From: Guillardia theta CCMP2712
Taxonomy: Eukaryota; Protista; Cryptophyta
Length of the DNA stretch: 64,000 nt
Direction: 5' to 3'
Assembly: GCF_000315625.1 (NCBI RefSeq)
Contig: NW_005434532.1
Location: 99,517 to 163,516 of the forward strand
Part shown: positions 22,239-35,293 of the stretch, piece by piece
Position numbering within the stretch: the stretch's first letter is position 1
How the letters are laid out: each line of letters opens with the position of its first letter
Program-made: the position numbers and the translations under genes
The notes under the pieces: model-generated
Seen by the model: only the letters and a program-made list of their open reading frames with translations
Told to the model about the DNA's origin: nothing
The model's database searches: none

Positions 22239-25200
22239 TTAGGGTTTGTTTCCGTAGCATTTCATTATCATACATATTGAACAAGTCTCAGCAAAGGGCT
22301 GTGGGCTTCCATGTTCTTGTCCCTTGTTGACAAAATTAAGAGCAATTTGGGGAGAGAACAAGGGGAGGAGGAGCAGAGAAAAGAGAGGGGGGGGAGAGGA
22401 ACGTAGAGGGAAGGGGAAGAAGAGCATATTGGAAGAGAGGGGTAGGAGATGAATCTGAGATGGAGCAGAAGAATCACCGAGTTGCTGCTTCATGATGTTG
22501 GCCAGAGCTCGTCCGCTATGCTCTCTTGCCTTCCACGTCCCGTAGATTCCCAGGGACCTTTCCCTCCCGTCAGACGACGGCAAACGCTCTCTTGCCTTAC
22601 CTCTGCCCTGCAGTGATGGTCGGATAGCCACTGAATCTGCTCATTTCAATCCATCAAAGAGGTTTGGGAGGAGGAAGCAACAAGGACGTAGGACGAGAGG
22701 AAAAAGGGCGGAAAGTAGGAGGTAAGGAGGAGGAGGAGGCGAAGAAGGTGTGGAAGGAGGACAAGAGAAAGGTTTACCCTTGCGTCGGCTGGACGCGTCT
22801 GTGCGCGAGCTTCCAAGCTTCATGTGCGTTGCTGAGGAGGATCAAACAAGGAGGAGGCGACGAAAGATCTCACGGGACTGACGCAGCCTCCCAGAATCGC
22901 TGAGTGACGGATCCATGGACAGAGATAGGAGGCGATCTGCACGAGCATCAGCAGCAGCAGGCGGCACGTGAGCGGGAAGGTGAACCTGCTCCTCTCGTTT
23001 AGCGTCATCGCGTACGAAGAGCTGCGATCCAGTGCCATATCTTGGGCCATGTCATCCAACAGCAGCAAGAAGGAGAGGAAGAACCAGGAGGAGGAGGAGG
23101 AATTGAGAAGAGCACGAGGAGGAGGAGGAGGAGGAGGAGGAGGAGGAGGAGGAGGAGGAGGAGGAGGAGGAGGAGGAGGAGGAGGAGGAGGAGGAGGAAT
23201 CAAGAGGAGGAGGAGGAATCATGTGAAGGAGCCATGCTCACCTTGACTGGCCATCGTCAAACCCGGGCGCCAAGTTTGAGCTGGGAAGAGCATCAACAAA
23301 GGTGGGCCTCAGCTGGAAAAAGCAGTTCAGTCACCTCCACTCCTGAGGAAGGAGGAGCTGAGGGATCGGGTGGTCGGCTTCCAGCTCCTCTGAGTTGCCA
23401 TCGTTTGCAGCAGCCTCTTGGTCTCGTGCTGATTCTTCAGGACGTCGCGAGTGGTGAGCGGCGGCAGGTCGCCCTGCACCATGACGTCACCATGCCAAGA
23501 CCGCGCAAGTTCTCCTGCTTCTCGACCTCCAGACTGTCTGCGCTCTCCATGGGAGGAGGCGTCGGAGCTCGCATGAGCTCGTGCAGCAGATCGACAAGTG
23601 CCGGCCTGGGACGTCGGGGAGACTCAGAGCTGGAGAGCAGCAAGAGCAGAGGACGGGACCTCTTCTGAATGGCCTGAAAGCCCTCGATGGAGGAGGTGAG
23701 ATTGCTGGAGATTGTGTCAAGGAGGAGGGAAGACAAGGAGGAGAATAGGTACCCGATCAAGCAGGTGATGAACTCTGTATCCTCGTCCTTCAAGGGCGAC
23801 CGCAGCTTCTGCTCAACGAACCGGAACATCGCTTCATTCTCTTCCTCCATCACTCGCACTAGCGACTGACGGCAAGTCACTTCAACGAAACATCTTCCCT
23901 CTACTGACTGGATGAGTCGAAGAGCGAGACGAGACGTTTGCCAGCGATCGCATCGCTGCCTTCTTCGCCTCTGTTCCTGCCACTGCATGATACACAAGCG
24001 ATCGGAGAAACCCTGATAGTAACAGTCACCCTCCTCCTCCTTCTCCGCTTCCTCCTCCTCCTCCTCCTCCTCCTCCTCCTCAAGCACCCGGTCGATGGAG
24101 AGCGTCGAGGTAATGAGCTATAGGAGCACTTTGAACCTCCTCGGAGGTCTTGCATGTCATGGTCTCATGTATGGAGCAGAGGCGGGCGACAATTGCTGAG
24201 GTCGGCGCGTCAGTTTCTGAGGTCTCAAGGTCGCGAGGCAGTCTCGAACCGCAAGCGAGTCTCGTCGTCTGAGCAGATGGGACGCGGAGCTGCAGGTTCA
24301 ACTTCGGCACGTCCGATCGCAGTGAAGAGACGCTCGACTCCCTGAGGTTTGACGCGATAGAGTTGGTCGACTTCTTCTTCATGAACCTTCTGTTCATAGA
24401 CGAGGCTGAGGTCAAGGGAGCGAGGAAAAAAAGACGTCAGAAGCAGCAGGGGTCATCCGGCAGAGCTGACCGTTATCCAGCGAGAGGTTTCTCATGACCG
24501 GGGGCAGCGACATGTCCAAGATGTCGATCAACATGGCGAAGTTGGACGGAAGCAACAAGAACTGCTCCAACGTCATCCACTTTGAGGCATATCACTCAAG
24601 ACTCACTTGCTCCATCGCCTGCCCTCTGGCCTGAAGATTCAAAGGTAAGGCTCGCAGAGAGACATCACGTTGACATACAGCAAAGATTCGCAGCAGGACT
24701 TCTAAACACATCTCCGCCACTGAGTCCGCCTGTCACAGGACCGTTAGACCTCTCCCAGACCTTCACTGCTCTGCTCTTCTACCGGAGTACTCAAAAACTG
24801 AATCAAGCCTGCAGGCGTGAACAGGTTCACCTCATTCACGACAGCTTCGCTACCCATTTGCTGACACAAGCATCACTACCTCCCTTTGATTTAACTCACA
24901 AGGCACCATGGCGTAACTGCTGACCTTCACTACCCGGAGAATCAGAGCCAGACATTTTTCATCTCGATCTGTTTGTGTGTTGTCACCTTCTGTAGCCCAG
25001 AAATTTGTTCGAGATGCTGTCAACGAGAGTGAGTATGAGCGAAGGAACACTTTGACTAGCTCAAGTTCGTCTCTACTCACCATCTGTCCTTGGGCTCTTG
25101 ACACTCGTGCTACCTAAGGACGACAGTCTTGAGACACTTGGGGCTGCCTTGCCAATCGACTTCCTGTTTGGGTCTTGCAACAGGATCCTCAAAGCCTGCA

Positions 25201-25769
25201 TGGCCTAAGCAGCCAGTATCCAGAAACAGAGAGTGTTACCGAGTATTTCCTTCTCTTGAGGGCTGCCCACAGGATATGTGGTTGTTCTTCGGTCAGGAAC
25301 AAGATCGCGCTTATGACATCATCACGGAAGGACGGAGGGACTGTCGCGTCGTCACGAGGTTCCTCTCTCTACCCTCCTCACCGTATCCTTCGTTGGAGAT
25401 ACCCAACAGACCGCAGAGGAGGTCGATCGCTGTGCCTCGAGGGCCCAGGTGAACTTTCTTGATGGGCACCTGCTGGGAGAGAACGTGGGCTCGATGACAC
25501 GAAGACGTGCCGGCAAAGTCGAGGAGGAGCCGCAGGTTGATCAGCAGAGTCTCAGTGTGCTGATGGTTACATTCTGCAACATCGAAGGCTCACAGACGTC
25601 CGAGGTGAGGGGAGAGGGAGGAACTTCTCAGACGTCAGGTGAGGGGAGAGGGAGGAGGCTCACCGTCTCTCCGTAGGACCAGCAACGCAACCATCGCTGC
25701 CGCTGCCTCTCCTATCGCTTCCTCCCCGCTGTCTCTTGCCTGCCCTCCTTCTGCTTCCCCTACAACCAT
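22239..25769 (-). CDS. Hypothetical Leu-rich helical (ARM/HEAT-like?) protein; multi-exon
   Basis: ATG 25769 MVVGEAEGG...; exons ETLLINLRLLLDFAG, DDVISAILFLTEEQP and FITCLIGYLFSSL; GT-AG signals on the minus strand. Confidence 0.5.
23116..23198 (+). repeat. (GGA)~27 microsatellite
   Basis: Visible. Confidence 0.95.
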
Positions 25770-25981
25770 TTTCAACCGCCTTGTCAAACGGCGTGAATAA
25801 CCGTCAAGTCATTCTTGTTTGTAGAATTTCAAGTTCTTCAGGAGCGTTTCAGTAACTTTGAGCCGCTTGAAGCGGCGGGCCCTGGCCCGGAGTAGACGGT
25901 GGACCGCCGCAATGGAGGACGTTGTAAGTACCAAGTAAAGGTATGAGGGTATGAGAAGGCTAGAAGTTTTATACAAAAGAA

Positions 25982-27943
25982 TCAATTCGACGCGTAGTTC
26001 ATGACGTTGTTCACTCGTTGCAACGTCCCGTCCATCCTACTTTCCTCGCTCTGAATACGATCAACCTGACGTTGAAAATTCGGTGCAAATACACAAAAAG
26101 TCGTCTCGCTCACCTTCTTGGCTAGTTGCCTCAGCATCGCCTGCATGGAAGAACGTCTGCTATCCCTGAAACAGCAAGCATGACTACACCCTTCAGTTTC
26201 CTGCCTGACTATCTCACCCGGACACGTCTTCGTCACTCCTCCCAGATTCGTTGTCTCGCGCATCTCGCTTACGGAATTGCGCTGCATCTCTCTGAAACAA
26301 AGCTGGAGGAGGGGGTCAAGGATCGCAAGCATGAGATCTCAAGATTACGGCTCTGTTCTGCTGCCAACAATCCTTTGCGGAGCCGTGAGGATTCCTTGCT
26401 ATCTCCATACGTCTGGCAATCACGTCATCATGCGTCCAGCAACAAGACATGCATCTCGACTCGCACACGTCAAGCATGAAATATGGACAAGTTTTCATGG
26501 TGACCCACCTGTCTCAAAACTTCTGGAACTTCGGTCTTGAAAGGTGACAGCTTGTTCCTCAGACGCCTCAACGTCGACCCGTACCTGATTGGGCCAGTCA
26601 AATCGCACGCGATTACAGGAAACACGGTACGGAATCTTGACTGCAACATCCGACGGATACCCAGGCTTGGGGATCAGATAGTCCGGATGCAGGAGGTCCC
26701 ACTCTCTGACATTTTGGCGTCAGTGTGAATCAAGTAGCTGCTGCAGAACAAGGTCGAGGCGACAACTCACTGCTTGCAGGTAAGTGTTCCATCAAGTACC
26801 AAACCCTTTTGCTGCCATAGCACTCACTTACTCCGAATCTCCAATAAACATCCTCACCTTGTCAGGCCCAAAAAATTCTAGCAACTGCCTCAGCATCGCC
26901 TCGGTCCTCGCATCGCCCGCATACACAGGAAGTCCCTCCAAAAACGTTCCCTTGGCCGTCACCCGCAGGTGCCTGTACAACTCTCCTCATCAACACTGGA
27001 ATGACCATTAAAGTAATGAGATTACAGTGGTTTAGTGTTGCAGCCGTTAAGGTCCTTCGGCTCAGCGTTTCTCTCCGGCACAACTTCTTGGACGTCACTG
27101 TGCAGAGGCTCATTGAGTAGAAGCATCGCAGGGCATTCATCGCTTACGGCTCATCCTTGTCAACTCTGGTCACAGTGATCACCCCCGAGTAGTAGACACC
27201 GTCCTTCATCCCTCCGACAGGAACCTGAGAGAAGGTTGACTACACAGAGCCATGATCAGATCAGACCCACCTCGCACGGGCAAGATGCAAGCTGAGAAAA
27301 TCCCTTTTGAGTGAAGCCGGTACTGCCATACATGGTTGACTTTGGCCGTAAGCATACAGAAACAAAACTCACCTGTGGCACTGCTTGCATTGCATGTGCT
27401 TCCCGACGCTGAGCAACATCGGACCATTTGCTGTATTGATTTTCATTTTCCCTCCAAGCTTGATCTCCACCAACTGAGAACAAAATCGGTCAGAGAGCCC
27501 TGACATTGCTCGCACAACATTCAACACCAGATCTGGCAGGTTCGAGCTGGACCGCTCAACGACAGCTATGTATGCGAAGGCCACGAAGAACTGCACTCTT
27601 GTCATGAGCGAGAAGAAAAAAGTTTAAACTCTACCAGCAGTGATGAGCTTGCCAGGGTGACGACAGACATAACCTGTTTGTGCTCTTGTCAGTGAAGTAA
27701 AGACATCTCAGCTATGAAATCTGAAAGGTCGCCTGTGCACCGCACAATCGTCTCATCAGAGCACTTTCGTTTTCTTGTAGGACGCACAAATATGGCTTTT
27801 CCCTTTCAGTTCTCCACATTGTCTCTTCTGCTCCTCTGCTGCTTCTTTGTCATTGTATTGCATTAACCTTCTCTCTACCTCCCTTCTCTCCTCCCTCCCT
27901 TCGCCTCTGCGTCCTTACCGGCTGCCGACCATCTCCAGCCATG
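25982..27943 (-). CDS. Hypothetical protein; many short exons
   Basis: ATG ~27943 next to the island; exons FFVAFAYIAVVERSS and HVWQYRLHSKGIFSACILPV; terminal ORF 25982-26332. Confidence 0.45.
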
Positions 27944-27999
27944 CTGACCCTTCGCTCTCAAACCGTTACTCAAGATCAGCTCTGATGTAACTGTCACTT

Positions 28000-28880
28000 G
28001 CCACCGTCACTGTTGAGACCGTACCGTCCGACGGTGACAGTGGCCCGGCCGGCGGCCCGGTGTCGGACTCGGCCCGAGCGCCCGGCCCGGCACGCCACCC
28101 GGCCGGGCCGTCGGACTCGGCCCCCGGCACTACGCTACTAGCTACCGTACACCATTACTATACGTGTGATCCAGCGGTGGTGACCGTGCAGTGCCTTGCC
28201 GAAGTTGAGCATCCGATGATCCGCTCACTGTGTAGACCGTGCGTCTGCATACCGGGGCCTAAAGCAGGCTTCGCCCGGCGGGCCGGGATAGCAGTCGGCC
28301 CGGCCCCGCGGCCGACTCCGCCGCGCGGACTGAGTTTGTCCGGGCCCTTGAAGCCCGGCGCGCCGCACTCCGGCGAGCAGCACTGGACGGCCCCCGGCGG
28401 CACTGCGGCACCGCGGGGGTGCCGCACGCACTGCGGCAGCCTGAGCGGCCGGCCCGGGGCCCCGGCTTGGGCTGTCCAATCGCGGCGCACTGCGGCAGGC
28501 CGGGCCCGGGCGCCCGGCGCGCCCGGCCGTACTACTTAGTATGGCATACCGGGGCCCGGGCGCCGCGCGGCGAGACTCAGTGACTCGGAAGCCTGCCAGG
28601 CTGAGAAAAGACAGCGAGAGCCTACCCGGGCCTCACCCGCCGGGCCGGGCCGCGGGCCGGGCCCGGGGCGCGCGGCCGCGGCGAGCCCACGGTGAGGCTC
28701 TGCCGTGATCCGCCGGGGACTCGACTCGTCACTGAGTGCCAGTGACGGACTGGGGCTCGGACCGCCGCACGGCCGGCCGGGCGGTGCCAGTCGCGGCCGT
28801 CAGGCTCCGAGGCTCAGTAACCCCGGCGCCCGGGCCGCGCCACGGCGCGGCACACGCCGGGTGAGCCTCGGAAGTCAGTT
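28000..28880. promoter_or_regulatory. Large CCGG-rich island between divergent genes
   Basis: Extremely GC-rich with dense CCGG/CCCGGG/GCGC palindromes. Confidence 0.55.
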
Positions 28881-28914
28881 CAATCTAGGCTGAGTAAAAT
28901 AACTTAAATTAGTC

Positions 28915-28945
28915 ACTAGCGGGCCCCTTATTAGCCGCTAATAAG
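28915..28945 (-). mobile_element. Possible Helitron 3' terminus
   Basis: Minus strand CTTATTAG-CGG-CTAATAAG hairpin, then GGGCCCG, then CTAG|T. Confidence 0.35.
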
Positions 28946-29271
28946 TGTACTATCAACTAAAAACTTGCTCACAGCGGCGGCGGCCCTACAACATAGAGCC
29001 TCGGACTCATGGGGGGGGATGATTGCAGAGGGAAGGGCAGATTTCAAAAAGTTGAATGAAACCAATGAATTGACTTTTTACTATTCGGCGAGTCACTAGT
29101 ACAAAACTTCACTATTTCAATTTCACTATTGACAGTCACCGTGCCGGATAACCTCCCCCACCTGAACTCTTGCCCTGTTGAATGATCGCCCTTCATCAAC
29201 AGTTCAGCGCAACATAACGGGATGCCTACCTTGTGATGCTGGCGAGGAGTGAAGGAGAGAGCTTGAAGACA

Positions 29272-30299
29272 ATGCTGAGCAAGTTTTTGCTGATGGTGGT
29301 GCTTGTAAGCTCCGTATGCCCGCAGTCAGAGGCCGCGGACTGTAAAACCTGCACATTTCGCAATTCGGATGGTGTGTTGGTGCGGGAGGGCATTTGTAGC
29401 GGTGACTGTGGGATTGATGTTGTATGGGTGTATGGTAGGAAGAGTTTGCGCTTGAATTCCCTGGTACCACCCTTGCGGTACATAGCGAACAGTTCCGTCT
29501 TCGATGGGCTCTACAGCTTGGAGGACCTCCTCCTCCAGCACAACGACCTTCAGAGTCTACCTGTTGGTGTCTTCGACGGGCTCTCAGGCTTGCAGAATCT
29601 ATATATTGGAGTCAACAGTCTCAAGAGTGTGCCAGTAGGAATCTTTAGTCAGCTCTCGACTTTGCAGCAACTTTCGCTTGCCATTAACAAACTGCCAAGT
29701 CTTCCTGATGGATTATTCGACGGGCTCTCAAGCTTACAGATCCTAAACCTTCGAGACAACGAGATCTCCTGCATTTCTTCTCAGGCTTTCGCTAATCTAA
29801 CTTCGCTTTCCACTTTGTATCTTACAGGCAACAACCTGACGTGCTATCATACGTCTTGGCCAAAGTTCGCTCAATTAGATGCGAATCTGGAACCGTGCCA
29901 AAACGAAACTCATTGCGACGAAAACGGACAAATCTCTTCTCTCGGAATCAATTTCGAAGCAACAACTATCCCACTGGCACAGCAAAATTGGACGGTTTAC
30001 CCTGACTACCTCACTTGCCAAATACAGCATGGTTGGCAGGAGATCGTGGATGATGAGCCTGCGCTAAACAATACCATCAAGACCGGTGGACTCGGGAAGC
30101 AGATGGTGGTAGGCCGGTTCGAAGTGTGGGTATGCAGCTACCAAGATCATTGTGCGAGGCCTGGGAATGCTTTCTGCTACGTGTATGACGAGCATGAGGA
30201 GACCTTCGTTCCCTGGTGATGTGTCTGCTTCAGTGTCACCTATTTTGTCCGGGCTGATGCTTTTCCAGGGGCCTAGAAGATGAACTTATGCTAAGCTAA
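29272..30299 (+). CDS. Secreted/surface leucine-rich repeat protein (typical 24-aa LRRs)
   Basis: Signal peptide MLSKFLLMVVLVSSVCPQSEA, Cys-rich cap, 5 LRRs (VFDGLxxLxxLxLxxNxLxSLP), Cys-rich C-terminal domain; probable intron 30216-30268. Confidence 0.9.
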
Positions 30300-30305
30300 G
30301 TGGAC

Positions 30306-31050
30306 TTCGCCGCCGGTGTCACAGTGCGGCGGTGCCGACGGAATACGTGAGGCCGCGCTCTGAGTCGGATCGGCTGAGACGGACCATCGACACTCAGGCT
30401 TATCTGAGAGATTCAAGCCTTGAAGATTCAACCGAGATTACTAAAAGGCACCGTTGAAGTGGAGACCTAGAGTATCCACAGTGATAAGTTTCAATCCGTT
30501 GAAGCAACTCAGGGTGGCCGTTTTGAATTTCGCGGCCGGGTTGTAACTTCTAGCCTGTCCATCCAGCCTTAACACGCCGGGTCCGATCGGTTTTGGCATT
30601 TGGCCTCAACTGTTCTGTGACTCAGGATACTGGTCCGGACGGTTTATTGCTGATAGCCGGCGGCGCCGCTGGCTGCCGCCGCGCCGCTGGCGGTCACTCA
30701 AAGTTCCGGCGCCCGGCCGCCGGGCCGCGTTTCGGCACGGTGCCATGGCCCGCGGGCCGGTCACCGTCCGATCACCCGGGCCGGGTTGAACTTGATGGCC
30801 CGCGGCAGTGACCGTCCGACTCACTGGCCCCCGGGCCGGGCCCGCCACTCAGTCACCCGACTACCGGCGTACACGCCGGTACCGCCGTATCGTACGGTAC
30901 CGTACCGTACCGTGGCTAGTACCGGCGGCGGTCTCAGTGGCCGGTGACTGAGTGATTGGCATACGAGCCGGGCTGCAGGCTGTGAGCTCTCTTTCTTTAC
31001 TCAAAGTTAAGTGAGCGGCCATCATCCGATGATCGCCGGACGCTGAGTAA
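30306..31050. promoter_or_regulatory. CCGG-rich island
   Basis: CCGG and (GTACC)n rich; upstream of the plus gene at 31358. Confidence 0.5.
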
Positions 31051-31357
31051 CCGATATCAATATCGGTAACGGAAGGCAGATTTCCTCTGATTGTCCTCGT
31101 ACCGATTTTTAACTTAACTTTGAGTAAAGATAGGTCTTGGTTTTGGGACCCCATGGAACCTGCAACCCATTACTACCCCCTCCATCCTTCATTTCCTACA
31201 ATCGCCTTGCGCCCTACCCTCCTCATTACACACTACTACCCCAGAACATGACCTGGTTGATACTACAAGGGTGACCCCACCCCTACAGACCCTACCCTTC
31301 GACTTTTCACCCCTACTACCCGTGCTGTTCGATCCCAATTTTCGATTTGATTCCAAC

Positions 31358-32283
31358 ATGGCAAAAGAGACGCGGCTTTCGTTCTCCGGGGTTGAGGGGC
31401 GCATGCGGTATCGTTCGATCGCTAGAGCCATGCTTGAGCGTGCACAAGATGCCTTTTCACATGGCAAGATACTTGATACTTGCGCAAAAGTAGCTGCAGA
31501 GCTAAACGCAACGGATTTGTTCAAAGAGAACGGAGTTGGGAAGTTACAACCTTACACCCTTCAGAACAAGTGGAGGCAAATCATAAATGATGCCCTTGTC
31601 TTCTCTGACCAGATACAGAGAGGAAGAGTCGTGGACAATTGGGGTGAATGGGAGCATATTCTAGATCAAATAGCGCGCGAGAAACAGAAATATGACAAGA
31701 GTAAAGGAAACAGGCCTGAACACCGAAGACGAGAATTTCTTCATCATCTCTTTTCTGGGCAGGCTGGAGGACTACCTTCACCTCCAAAGATATCAGGTCA
31801 GGAGGTTCTGATATGCTCTTCTCTTGTTTTTGAGAGGCTTCAACTGTTTCCTTTCATGGATATGCTCACACCTTCCATGCAGGCAACGCCAGTCAAACCT
31901 CGGGAAACCTAACTGCACGCGCTCAGGGCAACTCTGAGTTCCATTCGATTCAGTTCGAAGGTTTTGGGGACGGAGTGGAAGGAAGAGGTCTGAGGAAAAC
32001 TCCAAGTGAACATCTCGAAGGAGCGCTGGCGTTGAAACGAATGAAACTTTCTGGCGAACAGGGTACAGTAGACGCCATGGTTGATAGTGACAACCCCAAG
32101 ATTCAGACGCTTCAGGAGTATACTCTGTTGCAGAATCAGTACATTGACTTTGTGAAAGCCATGAAGGATTGCGCAGACGAGGACGACAGGGAATTCATGG
32201 CTGCGCAGAAGAAGAAGATCAAGGGGATGTTGCAAAGTTTGCAGTCAAAAGTGGAGGGACTGTATGAAAACGAGCACTCATGA
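31358..32283 (+). CDS. Myb/SANT-like DNA-binding domain protein with coiled-coil C-terminus
   Basis: AFSHGK...VAAELN...LQNKWRQII...EWEHILDQI; ORFs 31271-31912 and 31975-32283 joined by intron(s). Confidence 0.55.
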
Positions 32284-33299
32284 TGATGGAGGGTTGTATG
32301 AGCAAAATTCTGAACATGATGGTTTGAGGGGTGAGACTATTGAAAGGCCTCGACTTGACGTGCAATCGGAAGTTTACTGAAGGTGTCGAAGAGGATTCGA
32401 CCTCTGAAGCACCGGGCAGACTTGTGACCCTGTGAGTCATCGGCCATCACCTTGTTGTGCATGTTTCAGCTGTAAAATACTATCTAATACATAGAAGATA
32501 TTATGTAATTCAAATTGCCTCCTCTGTAATTTCTCATCTTGAAAGCTCGTCTCAATATTTGAACTCTCACTTCGATCGTTCCATGTCTACATTGCACCAT
32601 AAAAAAAGAGCCCTACAATGTAGTTCATCTCACTCGGATTCTAGATAATATTTTCCAACTGCGGTGAAATACTCTATCCGACATCAGCATTGACCCGCAT
32701 CCGCGTTTGCTTTCAATGCTGTCCTTGCCGATGCTTCAGCAATTTGCAGATTCTTCCTCCTGCCCCTTCTGCTCGTTCCCTCCCCCTCCCTTTCTCGCTC
32801 CCCCTTCCTACCTCTTCACCATCAAACCGCTACAAGACTGCCCGACAAGACGAGTTGCGGATATGGGAAACGATTTGATCCTAGGAGGGTGGGTCCATAA
32901 ATTTAATTGTGAGGGTACTTTTAAGCTCAAAATTGTGGGTGGAGGTAGTGTGTTGATGGGCGGGCTGGGTAGGGTTGTGCCGGGCAGGGGGGGCGGGATG
33001 GTAGGTCGGGTGTCGCTGAACGAAGAGCGAAGATGCTTGACATGTGCGAGCGAACGAGGTGAGAAGGATCTAGATATGATGCTGGTGATGCTGGTGATGA
33101 TGGCGCAAATGTTGAAGATCTAAATGTAAATGTTGATGTTGATGTGAATGTGAATGTGCGTAAACACGGCGTAATCAGTGCAATGTTGGAGTGAACACAC
33201 GAAAGTGCACTGTCGGCTGAGCAGTAATACATATTGTCCGCACATATGTACTGCCATTACGAATGGAATCTAAATTCTTCAGTGATGTATGAGGTGTGC

Positions 33300-34991
33300 C
33301 AAAACTTTCAACCGTGCAGACATGTGTCGCAACTTCAGATGTTGCAAAGTTTCAGTCACGCTCCTTCTGGATGAATATTCACGTGTACATCATGACCTGC
33401 GTGAATTATGCAAATGGGTTCTTTTTCTTGGTTGAATCAGCATTATGCTTACATTCATGCGTATCAATCTTTTGCCTTGCGTTTCCCTCGGGTTTGAAAG
33501 TGCTTAAATTTGAACGTGCTCATATTTTTGGTCAATTTGTGCTTCCTGCATTCATAACGAGGAATAGATCACTGAAACTTGATGTCAGGCTATGGGATAT
33601 ATCTCTCTGTTCCACTTGAGCGTTACTGTTGGAGATCATTCGCAGGAGGAGGCTTCTCCTTCGCTGAGCTCTTCGGGCAGTCGCGGGTGCTGGCGCTGGT
33701 GGGAGGAAGGTGCTTGCTTGATGCCTGCAAGGTTCTCGACTCTGACGAGGAAGATGATGTGTAGGCCCTCGCCGTGCGGCTTCTCGGAATCTTCCATCGT
33801 CTTGTGGGATGACGAGTCAAGCCGGCGGCTATGGGAGCTCAAGTTGTTCAGCCCCATCGTAGGCGTCATCACGCGGAGAGGGTTCCTCGCTGCGGTGCTG
33901 GAGAACAAGCTGGTCTTGTATAGGATAGCGCATGACTTCTCCTGGGTGAGGCTAGAGCGAAGTCTCGAAACCCTCGCCAACCCCTCGGGCATATGCACCA
34001 TGAGCAGCCCTACGACCCTCAGCGCTTCCTCGGTGGTGGACAAGAACATCCCATGGCTGGTTGCTGCTTTCCCAAGCCTCAAGGAGGGAGGCATACGCCT
34101 TGCTCTCCGCAAGATGGACAAGGGGGGTGAGGGCGAAGTTTCTCTTCCTGCTTCCAGAGGCTCCAGGCCCGAGGAGGACAGATGGTTTGTTGTCACGCAC
34201 GATGACGCCCACAAACATCCCATCGCTCACCTCGCGCTCAACCGAGACGGAAGTTACCTGGCATCTGCTTCACGGAGCGGCGAACTCATACGCTTGTGGG
34301 GAACTCAGCAAGGAACTTCGCTGGTGCTCATGCGAGAGCTGAGGCGAGGGTCTACCGCAGCTGCGATCTACTCCATCTCTTTTAGTGCCAAGTAGGAAAC
34401 CCCCTTTCCACTCCTGCTGCTTTTTCTGCCTGGCATGAGAATGTTCTCGCAGGTCTGACATTCTGTGCTGCTCGAGCGACTCTGGGACGGTTCATCTCTT
34501 CTCCCTCCAACCTGCTCAGAGCTCTTTGCATGCTCGCAGCAACTCGTATCTAATGCAGGTCAATCGCTCCCGTCCCCTTGTGCCTCCTGACTGGTTCCTC
34601 GCAGGCCGTGAACTCTGTGCAAAGTGGACAGAGAGGTTTTGCACAGGTGGCGTATCTTGTACTAGGATTTTCACCTGTTTGCTGACCTTTTTGTTGCACT
34701 TCAGACGGAGATGAAGACAGGAGGAGCTCCAGTGCTCTGCGGGATCGGGAACTTCACGATAGAGAGGAGGCGCAGAAACGTCGTGACGGAGAGACAGGAA
34801 GAGCGTCTCATCGTTGTGACGTCAACAGGAGAGGTAAGTTGTTGCGACCTCATCTATTCCCCTCATACCCACACGTACAGGTTTGCACCTGCCTCCTCCC
34901 GCCGTCGACGGATCGAGACGGTTTCTTCAAGTTTGACAGCAGGAGATCAATCAACTTCGGCACGGAGGATATCTTGAGGTTCGATCGCTGA
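33300..34991 (+). CDS. ATG18: PROPPIN WD40 protein, ATG18/WIPI (WIPI3/4-like)
   Basis: VLALVGG, IVLWDD, ETLANPSGIC, AHKHPIAHLALNRDGSYLASASRSGELIRLW, ELRRG phosphoinositide motif, SSDSGTVHLF; start approximate. Confidence 0.9.
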
Positions 34992-35293
34992 ATGATCTGA
35001 GGGGGGAGAGGAGCTGACTGGTGAAGGGCAGCGACGATGAGTTTGTATCGGATGAGAGCGACGACCAAGAAGATGATGATTGAAACTTTTCCCTCCTGCT
35101 CCTGCTCCTGCCCCTGCCCCTGCTCCTGCTCTTCTTCTTTCTCGCATCCACATATTGTTTTACCTTGACGTCTCCTTAGGACGAAGAGATTCACTTTGCT
35201 GTATTATATTCTGTCGAAAATTTACATTGAAACACCCACGTCCACAGACCCCCCACCCCAACTTTCTCCCTGAGCGCGATCGACATCGCACAG

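Noticed and set aside
28060-28893. Pro/Gly/Arg/Ala-rich ORFs in GC islands (also at 20.3-20.9, 30.6, 46.2-46.8, 57.2-57.8 and 63.3-63.7 kb)
   Set aside because: Stop-codon scarcity from extreme GC; no domain-like content
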